Origin: Chloroflexota bacterium
GTDB lineage: Bacteria > Chloroflexota > Limnocylindria > Limnocylindrales > CSP1-4
NCBI GenBank assembly: GCA_021786385.1
Contig: JAJYNJ010000077.1
Span: forward strand, 12,329 to 76,328
Length of the DNA stretch: 64,000 nucleotides
Direction of reading: 5' to 3'
Part shown: positions 10,046 through 20,555 of the stretch, piece by piece
How positions within the stretch are numbered: the first letter of the stretch is position 1
How the letters are laid out: each line of letters starts with the position of its first letter
Notes under the pieces: model-generated
Seen by the model: the letters and a program-made list of their open reading frames with translations, nothing else
What the model was told of the DNA's origin: nothing
Databases searched by the model: none
Position numbers and translations under genes: made by a program

Positions 10046-10377
10046 CTCCTCCGGTGCGCGTCCCCTCCAGGGCGCCTCCCGGACCGTGCTCGGCTCGACC
10101 TTCCGGCGTCGCGAGTTCGAAGGCACCTCCCTGCCTTTCAGTCTTCCGCCGCTCGTTCGGTCTTCCGGCCGGTCTCTCGACCACCTTGCGAGCCGCGTTA
10201 CCGTACTCGGCCTTCGGTGCGGGCGTGAGTCTCTTGCGGTGCGCTGCGCGAATCAAGCGGGTTATCCACCAACCGCGGGCCCGACACGCAAGATGTGGAC
10301 AACCGGCGCTGCTCCCCGGCGACGGCGGCGTGCTATGTGGAGATCTGACCGCATCCTTGAGGGCCGCCGGGTCGGGT

Positions 10378-11799
10378 TCAGCCTGTGGTCGCCAGGACGG
10401 CTTCCGCCCGGCACAGCTCGTCATGCAGCGCGGCCGCCACCGTCGCTGGGTCGGTCGTGTCCAGGCCGGGCAGCGCCACGATGAAGACGGACCCGCGGCC
10501 CGGCGCGGACGCGACGTCGAGCTCGCCCCTCATGCGCCGCGCGAGGTCGCGGGCGATCGGCAGGCCCAGCCCGGTGCCCACCACGCGCTCCGCCCCGGTG
10601 GCGCGATGGAACGGTTCGAAGATCAGCGCCCGGTCCTCCGGCGCGATCCCTGGCCCGTGATCGCGCACGGTGTACACGGCGACCGGGCCGTCGAAGCGAA
10701 GCGCCAGGGTCACGCGGCTGGCGGGCGGCGAGAACTTGATCGCGTTGCCCAGCAGGTTCACGAGGATCTGCTGGACGCGCTGCCGATCGGCGTGGATCAT
10801 CCGCAGCCGCGACGGGAGGTTCGCCTCGAGGTCGATCCCCCGTTCCATCGCCAGTGGCGTGACGTCGCGCAAGGCAGCCTGCGCGGCCTCGGTCCCCGAG
10901 AAGGGCGCCGGGGCAAGGCGGAGCTGGCCGGCGTCCAGCCTGCTCAACTCGAGCAGATCCGCGACGAGCGTCGACATGCCCGCGACGAGGTCGCGCGCGC
11001 GGCCGAGGAACTCCACCTCCTGGGCGGCTCCGCCCCGCGGCGTGTCGGCAGCCCCGTCGAGTCGAGTGCCGGTGGCCCCGTGGAGCGCCCGCGAGGCGGT
11101 CGTATCGGGCGGCCGGTCCGGCCCTCGGGCGGCCGCGACGAGGTCGAGGTAACCGCCGAGCGAGGCGAGCGGCGTCCGCAGCTCGTGCGCGACGACGCTC
11201 ACGAAGCGCTGCCGCTCGGCGTCGGCGCGTCGCAGGTCGGCGAGCTCGGCCGCCTCGTCACGCTGACGCAGGAGCGTGGCGGCCATGGCGGCTGCGGGGC
11301 GTGCCAGCGACGCAGGGAAGCGGCGCTCGAGCGCCGCGGCACCGCCAGCGGAACGGAAGGCGCAGCCGATCGCCACCCGCGCGCGGCCCGGCGGCACGAT
11401 CAGGCGGCGGTGCGGTGCCGGAGGCTGGGCGGGCACCGCCCGAGCGATGCTGGGCGCGACGGCCACGAACGAGGCGGACAGATCCGTGCGGTTCCGGGCC
11501 GGGCGCGGTGCGCGCGCGTCGAGCCAGGTCGCCAGGTCGGAGGCTCCGTTGGTGGCGTCCGCTCGGCCGTGGACGACCACCGTGCGTCGCTGGCGGCGGT
11601 CGACCGCGACGGCGACCTCGGCCGCTCCCGCGGTGCGCGCGATCAGTGTCAGCAGGCCGGCCAGTCGTCCATCGGCGGAGGTGTCGCTCGTGGCGAGCCA
11701 GACCAGTCGGGCGAGGAAGCGGGGGTCGGGCGGCGCGGGTCGGGCCGTCTGGCCAACCGACCTGCGGGCGGGTGCAGGGTCGTGCCCCGCGTCTGCCAC
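10378..11799 (-). CDS. sensor histidine kinase (HisKA plus HATPase_c), no adjacent response regulator
   Basis: H-box VVAHELRTPLASL and N, G1, G2 boxes (LLGNAIKF, RDHGPGI, GTGLGL). GTG at 11799 with AGGGGT upstream, right after the csoR-like stop at 11805. The upstream 195 aa of the track ORF overlaps that gene and is rejected. Confidence 0.7.
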   Translation of the reverse strand: MADAGHDPAPARRSVGQTARPAPPDPRFLARLVWLATSDTSADGRLAGLLTLIARTAGAAEVAVAVDRRQRRTVVVHGRADATNGASDLATWLDARAPRPARNRTDLSASFVAVAPSIARAVPAQPPAPHRRLIVPPGRARVAIGCAFRSAGGAAALERRFPASLARPAAAMAATLLRQRDEAAELADLRRADAERQRFVSVVAHELRTPLASLGGYLDLVAAARGPDRPPDTTASRALHGATGTRLDGAADTPRGGAAQEVEFLGRARDLVAGMSTLVADLLELSRLDAGQLRLAPAPFSGTEAAQAALRDVTPLAMERGIDLEANLPSRLRMIHADRQRVQQILVNLLGNAIKFSPPASRVTLALRFDGPVAVYTVRDHGPGIAPEDRALIFEPFHRATGAERVVGTGLGLPIARDLARRMRGELDVASAPGRGSVFIVALPGLDTTDPATVAAALHDELCRAEAVLATTG

Positions 11800-11804
11800 G
11801 CCGT

Positions 11805-12263
11805 CTACCCCTGGTCGGGGGTGGGACGTGTGCTGCGCACGGGGCGGCCGAGGGTCCGCCGCACCACGTCCATCACCTCTTCGGTGTAGGCGGCCGCGTC
11901 CCCCGTCTCGACGGCGGTCCGCAGGCAGCCCGAGACGTGGTCCTCGAGGACCAGCAGGGAGATCGCGTCGACCGCGGCCCGCAGCGCGGCCGTCTGCTGC
12001 AGGATGTCGATGCAGTACTCGTCGCGTTCGATCATCCGCGCGATGCCGCGCACTTGGCCTTCCATCCGGGAGAGCCTGCGCAAGAGTTGTTGCCGGTCTT
12101 TGTCGTAGCTGTGGCGGAAGTGCGGGCTGGCCGTCACCGGGGGCTGTGGCGCCGTCACCGCGGGCTGTGGCGCCGTCACCGCGGGCTGTGGCGCCGTCAC
12201 CGCCGCTGCCGGCTGTCGGTTGGTGGCCCCATCCGGCGCCCGTGCTTCCTGCTCCTTGATCAC
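11805..12263 (-). CDS. CsoR/RcnR-family metal-sensing repressor with N-terminal (AVTAPQP)x3 repeat extension
   Basis: DUF156 core with the Cys-His-Cys signature of copper-sensing CsoR (YCIDIL, EDHVSGC). GTG at 12263 preceded by GGAGGCAAT. N-terminus is encoded by a 21-bp tandem repeat. Confidence 0.65.
   Translation of the reverse strand: MIKEQEARAPDGATNRQPAAAVTAPQPAVTAPQPAVTAPQPPVTASPHFRHSYDKDRQQLLRRLSRMEGQVRGIARMIERDEYCIDILQQTAALRAAVDAISLLVLEDHVSGCLRTAVETGDAAAYTEEVMDVVRRTLGRPVRSTRPTPDQG
12130..12213. repeat. 21-bp tandem repeat x4 (GCCGTCACCGCGGGCTGTGGC), in-frame inside the csoR-like 5' coding region
   Basis: Direct inspection; three perfect copies and one degenerate copy. Encodes AVTAPQP heptads on the minus strand. 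Confidence 0.85.
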
Positions 12264-12432
12264 ATTGCCTCCGGGCCTCCGCCGCTCGGCCCGGTCGCCT
12301 CGGACGGGCCGGCCGCAGCGGTCGTCGCCGCCGGGCCGCAATCCCGACGGATACTCCCCGGGAGTGTACCAGCGCTGCGCGCCCTCGCATATCGCCTTGG
12401 CGCCGCGATCCGCCGGGACCGGGTAGACTTGG

Positions 12433-13016
12433 CCATGATGCACGCCGATCGCGTGACCGAGCCGACGCCGTTCGCCCATGCCAGTGAGGCGGAGCTGGCG
12501 CGGATCCTGGACTACTACGGGATCGCCTGGCAGTACGAGCCGCGCGCCTTTCCCATCCTCTGGAACCTCGACGGCTCCGTGGTCGAGAGCTTCACGCCCG
12601 ACTTCTACCTGCCCGAGCTGGACCTGTACGTCGAGCTCACGACGCTCAAGCAGAGCCTCGTGCGGAAGAAGAACCGCAAGCTGCGACGGCTGCGCGAGCT
12701 GTACCCCGACGTGCAGATCAAGCTCTTCTATGCGCGCGACTTCCGGGCGCTGATGCTGAAGTACGGGCGGATCGGTCTGGTCGACTCGCTGAGCGGGACC
12801 GAGGGGCAGTCGACTCCGCCGCGTCGTGCGGGCGCGGGTGACGGCTCGGCGGGTCCTGGCGACCCGGCGCGATCGGCAGCAAATCCGCCAGGCGACCGCG
12901 GCGCGCTGCCGGCCCCGGAGCCGGGACGGGATGCGGTGCCGGTCGGGACGGCCTCCCGCAGCCGCCGGCGAGCGGCCCGGCGCGCCCGGGCCGCGCAGTC
13001 CGCCCCTGTGTCATGA
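12433..13016 (+). CDS. hypothetical protein, possibly PD-(D/E)XK-like, divergent from csoR
   Basis: ATG at 12433. Conserved-looking core YYGIAWQYEP ... TPDFYLPELDLYVELTTLK (PD ... E-L-T-K resembles a PD-(D/E)XK motif), followed by a low-complexity tail. Confidence 0.45.
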
Positions 13017-13131
13017 TCCGGCAACCATGACCACGCGGCACGCAGCGTCATCCCCGCGGGGCTCCTCGTGCCGGGCTCGCCGTCCGCTCTGGGGACCTCG
13101 CCGCCGCTCGTTCCGGGGGACCTGAGCCTCG

Positions 13132-13688
<557 letters not shown>

Positions 13689-13692
<4 letters not shown>

Positions 13693-14105
13693 ACCGTCGC
13701 ACGCTCGGTCGCGGCCGACTGATCGTCGGCGTGGGGGCCACCCTTACGCTGGTCGCCTGCCTCTTCCCGTGGGGGCAGACGGCGGGGATCGGGTTGCCGC
13801 CGGAGCGGACGGGTGCGTTCGACGGCTTCGGCATCCTCGTCTTCGTGGCTGCCATTGGGTTGCTGGCGCTGATCGCGCTCCCCTACGCCGCGGGCGATCA
13901 GCCACTGGCGCTCGACCGTCCGCTCGCGTTCTGGCTCATCGGCGCAGTCGGCATCATCGGTTTCCTGTTGAAGCTCGGCCAGATCCTGGGCGACGGGCTG
14001 CTCGCGCTCCCGGACCGCGCGATGGGGCTCTGGCTCGCCGGGATTGGGCTCGCGATCGTGGTGTGGGGGCTGGCGGAGATGCTCGCGGAGCGGCCGCGCG
14101 CCTGA
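13689..14105 (+). CDS. small integral membrane protein (hypothetical)
   Basis: GTG overlapping the hpt stop (GTGA). Four predicted TM helices (LIVGVGATLTLVACLF, ILVFVAAIGLLALIAL, AFWLIGAVGIIGFLL, LWLAGIGLAIVVWGL). Confidence 0.5.
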
Positions 14106-14249
14106 GGCACGGCCGCCAGCGCAGCCCCCACCGATGCGTGGCGCGACGAGCAACGCACGGCACCGCTGATCCAGCACGACCCAGCGGTGTTCGCTTGGCT
14201 CGCCGTTGTCGACCACGCGGGATGGAGAGGGCGTCGGGCACGGGCCCGT

Positions 14250-15050
14250 TCAGGGCGTCGGCGCCTCGAGGTCGAGCCCGAACCATGAATCGTGGGCCGC
14301 TGCGACGCCACTCTGTACCTGAAGCACGTAGCGGCCCACTGGCCACGCGGCCCGTCTCGTTGCCGAGGGCACGAGGGCACCGTCCGCCGACCCGAAGGTA
14401 CGCAGCGCGGCGACGGGTACGTAGACGGTGCCGGATGCGGCTCGGGTGTGGGTGGCTTGCCAGAGGACGGCCGCCCATCCCCCGTGCGAGCCACGATCGA
14501 CGGGCGCGCAGAACCCGAGCGCGGTCACCCGGCTGGCCACGAGACGCACGAGTTGCACTCTGGGATCGCCCGGGCCCGCGGCAGCGCGGGCCGCCACCGG
14601 GATCCAGACGCGCGACTTGATGCCTGCAGCCTCCTCATCCGCCACCACCCGCCAGCCATCCGGCGCGTAGCAGATGGGCATGCCGCCCTCCTCGACCAGG
14701 ACGGCCGCGCCGGGGGTCGTGCAACAGGGATCGGCCCGGGCCAGACGGTTCACCGTCGCACGGATCGCCAATGGGTCGCCGGCAGCGCCGTCGGCCAGGG
14801 TCGGGACGACCGACGCCTGGCGGGCGCCGGGATCGCCGCTCGACTGCACCCCTCGGACCGCTGCGGCAGCTGCGGAGCCGCTCGCGGGTCCGACAATCGG
14901 GGCCCCGACGCTCGGCCGGGTCGCTGGACCGGCCCATGGCTTGGCAATCGCGGCAACGACGAGGACGACCGCGACGGTGATGCTGACCGCCGTCCGTCGA
15001 TTGCTTCCGCCGACCCGTACGAGCGGGACCGGCGCGTCGGGACGCTCCAC
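14250..15050 (-). CDS. hypothetical exported or membrane-anchored protein
   Basis: GTG at 15050 with GAGG 7 nt upstream. N-terminal TM/signal anchor AVSITVAVVLVVAAIA. No recognisable domain. Confidence 0.4.
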   Translation of the reverse strand: MERPDAPVPLVRVGGSNRRTAVSITVAVVLVVAAIAKPWAGPATRPSVGAPIVGPASGSAAAAAVRGVQSSGDPGARQASVVPTLADGAAGDPLAIRATVNRLARADPCCTTPGAAVLVEEGGMPICYAPDGWRVVADEEAAGIKSRVWIPVAARAAAGPGDPRVQLVRLVASRVTALGFCAPVDRGSHGGWAAVLWQATHTRAASGTVYVPVAALRTFGSADGALVPSATRRAAWPVGRYVLQVQSGVAAAHDSWFGLDLEAPTP

Positions 15051-15115
15051 ACTCGGCCTCAGTGCCAGGGGTCCCGAGTCTACACCCCCGGCCTCGTGGC
15101 CAGCCTCGCGACGGA

Positions 15116-15883
15116 TCAGATCTCGCCCAAGTACGCCTTCCGCACCATCTCGTCCTGCCGCAGCGCCGCCGCCTCGCCGGCCAGCACGACGCGGCCGGTT
15201 TGGAGCACGTAGCCGCGGTGCGCGACGTTGAGCGCCTGCAACGCGTTCTGCTCCACGAGGAGGATCGTGGTCCCCTGGGCATTGATCTCGCGGATGATCG
15301 CGAAGATCTGCTGCACCAGGATCGGCGAGAGGCCCAGCGACGGCTCGTCGAGGAGGAGCACCTGCGGGCGGCACATCAGGGCACGCCCGATCGCCAGCAT
15401 TTGCTGCTCGCCACCCGACAGCGTGCCACCGTTCTGTCGGGCGCGCTCGCGCAGGCGCGGGAAGAGCGCGAAGACGCGCTCGACGTCTTGCGCCACCTCG
15501 CGGGGGCTGCGCGTGTAGCCGCCCATTTGGAGGTTCTCGAGCACGGTGAGACGCGAGAAGATGCGGCGGCCCTCGGGCGCCTGCCCGATGCCGGCGCGGA
15601 CCAGCTCGTGCGCGGGTACGTGCGAGACATCACGGCCGTCGAAGAGGACCTTGCCGTGACGGGGATGCAGCAGCCCGTTGATCGCCTTGAGCGTGGTGGT
15701 CTTGCCGGCCCCGTTCGCGCCGATCAGCGTCACGATCTCGTCGCGATGGACCTCGAGCGAGATGCCCTGCAGCGCGTGGATGTGGCCGTAATAGGTGTGG
15801 ACATCCTGTAGCTCGAGGAGGGGCTGGCCGTTGCGGGCCGCAGCGCCTGCGGCCGGCGGGGCCTGAACCGAGGTTTCGCTCAT
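15116..15883 (-). CDS. livF: branched-chain amino acid ABC transporter, ATP-binding protein LivF
   Basis: Walker A GANGAGKTT, signature LSGGEQQ, Walker B LLLDEP; LivF-like ending. Confidence 0.9.
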   Translation of the reverse strand: MSETSVQAPPAAGAAARNGQPLLELQDVHTYYGHIHALQGISLEVHRDEIVTLIGANGAGKTTTLKAINGLLHPRHGKVLFDGRDVSHVPAHELVRAGIGQAPEGRRIFSRLTVLENLQMGGYTRSPREVAQDVERVFALFPRLRERARQNGGTLSGGEQQMLAIGRALMCRPQVLLLDEPSLGLSPILVQQIFAIIREINAQGTTILLVEQNALQALNVAHRGYVLQTGRVVLAGEAAALRQDEMVRKAYLGEI

Positions 15884-16977
15884 TCAGCCGGCGCTCCCAG
15901 GTACGCTTCGATGACCCGCGGGTCGCGGCGGACCTCGTCGGGCGTCCCCTCGGCGATCCGCTCGCCGTGGTCGAGGACGGTGACGCGGTCGCTGATCCCC
16001 ATCACCACGCGCATGTCATGCTCGATCAGCAGGATGGTCAGGCCCAGGTCGCGGCGCAGGCGCGCGATGAGGGCCGTCAGATCGGTCGTTTCGCGGGGGT
16101 TCATGCCCGCCGTCGGCTCGTCGAGAAGCAGCAGTGACGGTTCGCTCGCCAGGGCCCGGGCCAGCTCCAGGCGGCGCTGGTCGCCGTACGGGAGGTTGCG
16201 TGCCAGATCGTCCTCGCGGCCTGCCAGGCCGACCAGGGCGAGCAGTTCGGACGCCCGGCGCCGCGCGGCCTCTTCCTCCCGGCGGCTTCGGCCGGTGGCG
16301 AAGAGCGCGTCCAGCGGGCTGGCGCGGAGTCGTGTGTGCATGCCCACCAGCACATTCTCCAGGGCGGTCATGTTCTGGAAGAGCCGGATGTTCTGGAACG
16401 TGCGACCGAGCCCGATGCGGGCCATGTCGTTCGGCCGCGCGCTACGGAAGATGCCGGCCCAGCCCAGCAGCCGCTGGTACAGCTCCGACCGAATGACGGC
16501 CATCAGCATCATCGCGATCAGCAGGCCGAGCGCCACGATCCCCGTGAGGAGTCCGACGCGCTCGGACCCGACCGCGAACGCGTAGCCGAGGCCGATCACG
16601 GCGACGATGATCGCCGGGACGAACCAGAGCACGGGCTCCAACCAGCCGCGATGGGGCCGCGCGATCACACGCCGGCCCCGGAACTCGACGAAGCCGCTCG
16701 TCGGTTCGAAGATCCCGGCGACCACGTTGAAGAAGGTGGTCTTGCCGGCCCCGTTCGGCCCGATCAGGCTGACGATGCTGCCCTCTGGGATCTCGAAGTC
16801 GATCTCGCGGACCGCCACGAGACCGCCGAACTGCTTGGTGACACGGCTCGCCCGCAGCAGGACCCCGGAGCCGGCAGCCGTGCCGGCCGGCACGGAGCTC
16901 GACGGGGAGGCCGGCGCCTGCGGGGCCCCGGACTGCGGGGTCCCCGTCGGCGCGGCGCTCGTCTGCGGCCCGCTCAT
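15880..16977 (-). CDS. livG: branched-chain amino acid ABC transporter, ATP-binding protein LivG carrying an 80-aa two-helix membrane insertion
   Basis: GPNGAGKTT, YGDQRRLE and LLLDEP motifs with a LivG-like C-terminus. About 80 aa with two hydrophobic helices are inserted between the FRGRRV and ARIGLGRTFQ segments (see finding). Confidence 0.85.
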   Translation of the reverse strand: MSGPQTSAAPTGTPQSGAPQAPASPSSSVPAGTAAGSGVLLRASRVTKQFGGLVAVREIDFEIPEGSIVSLIGPNGAGKTTFFNVVAGIFEPTSGFVEFRGRRVIARPHRGWLEPVLWFVPAIIVAVIGLGYAFAVGSERVGLLTGIVALGLLIAMMLMAVIRSELYQRLLGWAGIFRSARPNDMARIGLGRTFQNIRLFQNMTALENVLVGMHTRLRASPLDALFATGRSRREEEAARRRASELLALVGLAGREDDLARNLPYGDQRRLELARALASEPSLLLLDEPTAGMNPRETTDLTALIARLRRDLGLTILLIEHDMRVVMGISDRVTVLDHGERIAEGTPDEVRRDPRVIEAYLGAPAE

Positions 16978-18122
16978 GGTGTCGATCCCTCGGCCGCCTC
17001 GGCCGCCACGGGCTCCTCCGGGAGCTCCTCGGCGGCATGCAGCTCGCGTCTACGTCTGACGCTCGGGAAGAGCCCCTCGGGTCGCAAGAGCATCATCGCC
17101 ACCAGCGCCAGGCCATAGAGCAGGTACTGGTACTGCAGGAAGTCGATCCCGGTCAGCCCGAACGAGGCGAAGAACGGGTTGAGCTGCTTGAGCAGGACGC
17201 TCTGGATGATGAACAGGAGGAAGGCGCCGACCCCGACGCCCCAGATGTTCCCCATCCCGCCCAGCACTACCATGGCGAGCACGGTGAAGGAGACGGTGAA
17301 GCCGAATTGGTCGGGGCTGACGAAGGTCAGCTTGGCGCTGTAGAAGGCGCCGGCGAGGCCTGCCGTGGAGGCCCCCAGGGCGAAGGCGAGCAGCTTGGTC
17401 GAGACCGGGTTCACGCCGTTGCTGGCCGCCGCGAGCTCGTCTTCGCGGATCGCCATCCAGGCGCGCCCGACGCGGGAATCCTGCAGGCGGTAGATGGCCA
17501 GGATCGCCAGCGTCAGGATCACCGCCATGGTCAGGTAGTACGGCCACGGGTCTGTGAAGGTGAAGTTGTAGCCCGCCAGCGACGGCTGGTAGACGCCGCT
17601 GATGCCGTTGGTGCCCTTCGTGTACTTGTCGGCGTTGAGAAAGACCGTGGGCACGATCTCGCCGAACCCGAGCGTCACGATCGCCAGGTAGTCGCCGCGC
17701 AGGCGCAGCGTCGGCGCGCCCAGCAGGAGCCCGAACGTTGCCGCGACGATGGCGCCGATCAGCAGCATGATCCAGAAGGGGAAGTCGTTCCCCGAGAACG
17801 GCGAGGCGCCGAACGCGTACGTATACGCGCCGATGGCGAAGAAGGCGGCGTAGCCGAGGTCGAGGAGCCCCGCCAGCCCGACCACGATGTTGAGGCCGAG
17901 CGCCAACAGGACGAAGACACCGGCGTTGGCGAAGCTGTCGACCCAGACGCCCTGCGAGTTGAAGCCGTTGAGCGGGGGCATGGCCGCCAGGAGCGGAAGC
18001 GCCGCGGTGACGACCGCCATCCCCAGGATCGCGGCGAGCGAGCGGTGCGCTTCGAGCAGGGCGCGCAGTGGGTTGGAGCGGCGCTCTCGTGCGCCCGAGG
18101 CGCGGCTCGCGGTGGCGCTCAC
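16974..18122 (-). CDS. livM: branched-chain amino acid ABC transporter permease LivM
   Basis: Multi-TM permease with typical LivM segments (GYAAFFAIGAYT, LRGDYLAIVTLGFGEI). Confidence 0.85.
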   Translation of the reverse strand: MSATASRASGARERRSNPLRALLEAHRSLAAILGMAVVTAALPLLAAMPPLNGFNSQGVWVDSFANAGVFVLLALGLNIVVGLAGLLDLGYAAFFAIGAYTYAFGASPFSGNDFPFWIMLLIGAIVAATFGLLLGAPTLRLRGDYLAIVTLGFGEIVPTVFLNADKYTKGTNGISGVYQPSLAGYNFTFTDPWPYYLTMAVILTLAILAIYRLQDSRVGRAWMAIREDELAAASNGVNPVSTKLLAFALGASTAGLAGAFYSAKLTFVSPDQFGFTVSFTVLAMVVLGGMGNIWGVGVGAFLLFIIQSVLLKQLNPFFASFGLTGIDFLQYQYLLYGLALVAMMLLRPEGLFPSVRRRRELHAAEELPEEPVAAEAAEGSTP

Positions 18123-19135
18123 GCCCGCTCCCCCAGCTGTTGGCCGAGCAGGCCGGTCGGGCGGAAGACGAGCACCAGGACGAGGACACCGAAGATCGCG
18201 ACCTCGGACCAGCGCGAGTAGCCGTACTGAGCGGCGGCGACCTGCAGGAAGCCGATGACGAAGCCGCCGAGCGCGGCGCCCGTGGTGTTGCCGATGCCGC
18301 CGAGGACGGCCGCCGTGAAGGCGAAGAGCCCAGCGTAGAAGCCCTGGTTGAAGACCGCGTAGCCGAAGTAGAGGACCCAGACGATGCCCGCCGCGCCCGC
18401 CAGGGCCGACCCGATGAAGAAGGTGAAGGCGATCGTCAGGTTGATGTCCACGCCCATCAGCTCGGCGGCCTCGCGGTCCTGCGCGGTCGAACGCATGGCG
18501 CGCCCCAGCCGCGTGCGGCCGACGAAGAGCTGCAGCGCGATCATGAGGGCGACGGCCACGGCCACGATGAAGACGTTCAGGTACCCGATCGAGGCGCCGG
18601 CCACATCGAAGCGTGCGTTCAGGGTGAAGATCTGCGGGGAGTTGACGGGGGAGGGCCCGAAGAAGGCCTGCATGATGTTCTGCAGGATGAACGAGACCCC
18701 GATCGCCGTGATCAGGGGCGCCAGGCGGGGCGCGTTCCGCAACGGGCGGTAGGCGAAGCGTTCGATGAAGATGCCCAGCGCGCCCAGGATCAACATCGTC
18801 ACCAGGAAGAGCCCCACCAGGACGACCGCGAGCAGGGCCGGGTTGTCGATCGAGCCGTGCAGGCCGAGCGGCCCGCTGAGGATCCAGAGGGCCACGAACG
18901 AGCCCACCATGAAGACATCGCCGTGGGCGAAGTTGATCAGCTCGATGATGCCGTAGACCATCGTGTAGCCGAGCGCGATCAGGGCATAGACCGCGCCGAT
19001 CGTCAGGAAGTTCGAGAACTGCTGCGGCCCGACGAGGGCGTAGGCGACGACCAGGCTGCCGGCGATCGCGGCGACGAACGGCAGCTGACTCCCGTCGAGG
19101 CGGGCGGGGAGCCGGATGGAACGTTGGGTCTGCAT
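18119..19135 (-). CDS. livH: branched-chain amino acid ABC transporter permease LivH
   Basis: LivH-like TM protein (YTMVYGIIELINFAHGD). Confidence 0.9.
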   Translation of the reverse strand: MQTQRSIRLPARLDGSQLPFVAAIAGSLVVAYALVGPQQFSNFLTIGAVYALIALGYTMVYGIIELINFAHGDVFMVGSFVALWILSGPLGLHGSIDNPALLAVVLVGLFLVTMLILGALGIFIERFAYRPLRNAPRLAPLITAIGVSFILQNIMQAFFGPSPVNSPQIFTLNARFDVAGASIGYLNVFIVAVAVALMIALQLFVGRTRLGRAMRSTAQDREAAELMGVDINLTIAFTFFIGSALAGAAGIVWVLYFGYAVFNQGFYAGLFAFTAAVLGGIGNTTGAALGGFVIGFLQVAAAQYGYSRWSEVAIFGVLVLVLVFRPTGLLGQQLGERA

Positions 19136-19223
19136 GGGGATGCCGGTGAGTGGCTGTGTGGGCGGCCGGGAACAGACAGGGGCCGGGGAGCGGTGACGCC
19201 TCCCGGCCCCTGTGCCCAGCGGC

Positions 19224-20555
19224 CTACTGGCTGCTCTGGCCGAAGTCCTGCTGTCGGACGAACACCCAGTCGCCTTTACCGCCGGCGGCCGTCATGTCCG
19301 TCTTGTAGAAGGAAATGATGTGCTGGCTCGTGTCGCCGTTCTGGTCGAACGAGATCGTGCCGAGCTGCGTGTTGAACTTGTGGGTGGGATCGGTCGCGTA
19401 GGCACGCACGGCCTCCCGCAGCGCGGTCGGGCTGGTCGCCGTGGCGGCCACTGCCTGGAGCGCCTGGAGGATCACTTGCGTGCACGCGTAGGCCGACGCG
19501 CTGTAGGCGCCCGGCGCGGCCCCGTAGGCCTTCTGGTAGGCCTGCGAGAACGCCTGGGCGTTGGGGATGTCGTGCGTGGCCGCGATCGTCCCGAAGGAGT
19601 TGGCGGCAGCAGCGCCCGCGACCGTGATGAACGAGCCCTCGACGCCGCCGGGCCCGTCGACGATGCCGTCTCCGCCGCCGAAGGCGAGGCTACCCATGCC
19701 GACCTGTGCCATCTGCTTGCGCAGGAGGCCACCGCCGGTCGCCGTGACGCCGCCGAAGTAGACCACGTCAGGGTTCTTGCTCTGCACGGCCGTCAGGAGC
19801 GGCGTGTAATCGGTGGTCGAGCTCGGCGCGCCATCGTGCTTGACGACGGTCCCGCCGAGCTTCTTGAACTGGGCCTCGAAGACGTCGGCCAGGCCCTTGC
19901 CGTAGGTCTCGGTGTCGTCGACGATGTACGCACGGCGCTTGCCGAGATCGTTGTACGCGAACTGCGCGCCCGCGAGACCCTGGATATCGTCCGTGGTCGC
20001 GACGCGGATGTAGTTGATCCGGTTCGGGAACGCCTTGCGAATGTCAAGGGCGCCGTACTGGGGCTTGGTGAGGCCGGGGTTCGTGTTGGCGGGGCTGCAT
20101 TGCAGCAGGCCGGCCTGGTTGGTGATCGGGATCTCGGCGGCCCCGACGTTCGAGTTGAACGGTCCCACGATGCCGATCACGGTCGGATCGGCCACCAGCG
20201 TCTGGACGTTCGTGGCGCCCTGCTGCGGGTTGTGGACGCCGTTGACCGCGTCGTCCTTGACGCTGAGCTTGATGGTATAGCCAGCGATGCCGCCGTTGGC
20301 GTTGGCCTGGTCGACCGCGAGCTGGATGCCCTTCTTGGTCGGGTCACCGTTGGCGAACTCACCACCCGAGAGCGGCAGGTCGACCCCGATGGTCACGTAC
20401 TTGCTGCCGGTGGCGGCCGATCCGGCCGGGGCCGCGCTGGCGGGTGCGGCGCTGCCGGCGGGCGCGGCGCTCGGCGCGGGGGTGGCCGCACTGCTGCACG
20501 CACCTGCCACGACGACGGCTGCGACGGCGATCGCGCCGATTCTCCTGGATTGCAT
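19224..20555 (-). CDS. livK: branched-chain amino acid ABC transporter substrate-binding lipoprotein (LivK/LivJ family)
   Basis: Signal peptide with lipobox VAGAC, then a periplasmic binding-protein fold (Peripla_BP_6-like). First gene of the liv operon. Confidence 0.85.
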   Translation of the reverse strand: MQSRRIGAIAVAAVVVAGACSSAATPAPSAAPAGSAAPASAAPAGSAATGSKYVTIGVDLPLSGGEFANGDPTKKGIQLAVDQANANGGIAGYTIKLSVKDDAVNGVHNPQQGATNVQTLVADPTVIGIVGPFNSNVGAAEIPITNQAGLLQCSPANTNPGLTKPQYGALDIRKAFPNRINYIRVATTDDIQGLAGAQFAYNDLGKRRAYIVDDTETYGKGLADVFEAQFKKLGGTVVKHDGAPSSTTDYTPLLTAVQSKNPDVVYFGGVTATGGGLLRKQMAQVGMGSLAFGGGDGIVDGPGGVEGSFITVAGAAAANSFGTIAATHDIPNAQAFSQAYQKAYGAAPGAYSASAYACTQVILQALQAVAATATSPTALREAVRAYATDPTHKFNTQLGTISFDQNGDTSQHIISFYKTDMTAAGGKGDWVFVRQQDFGQSSQ

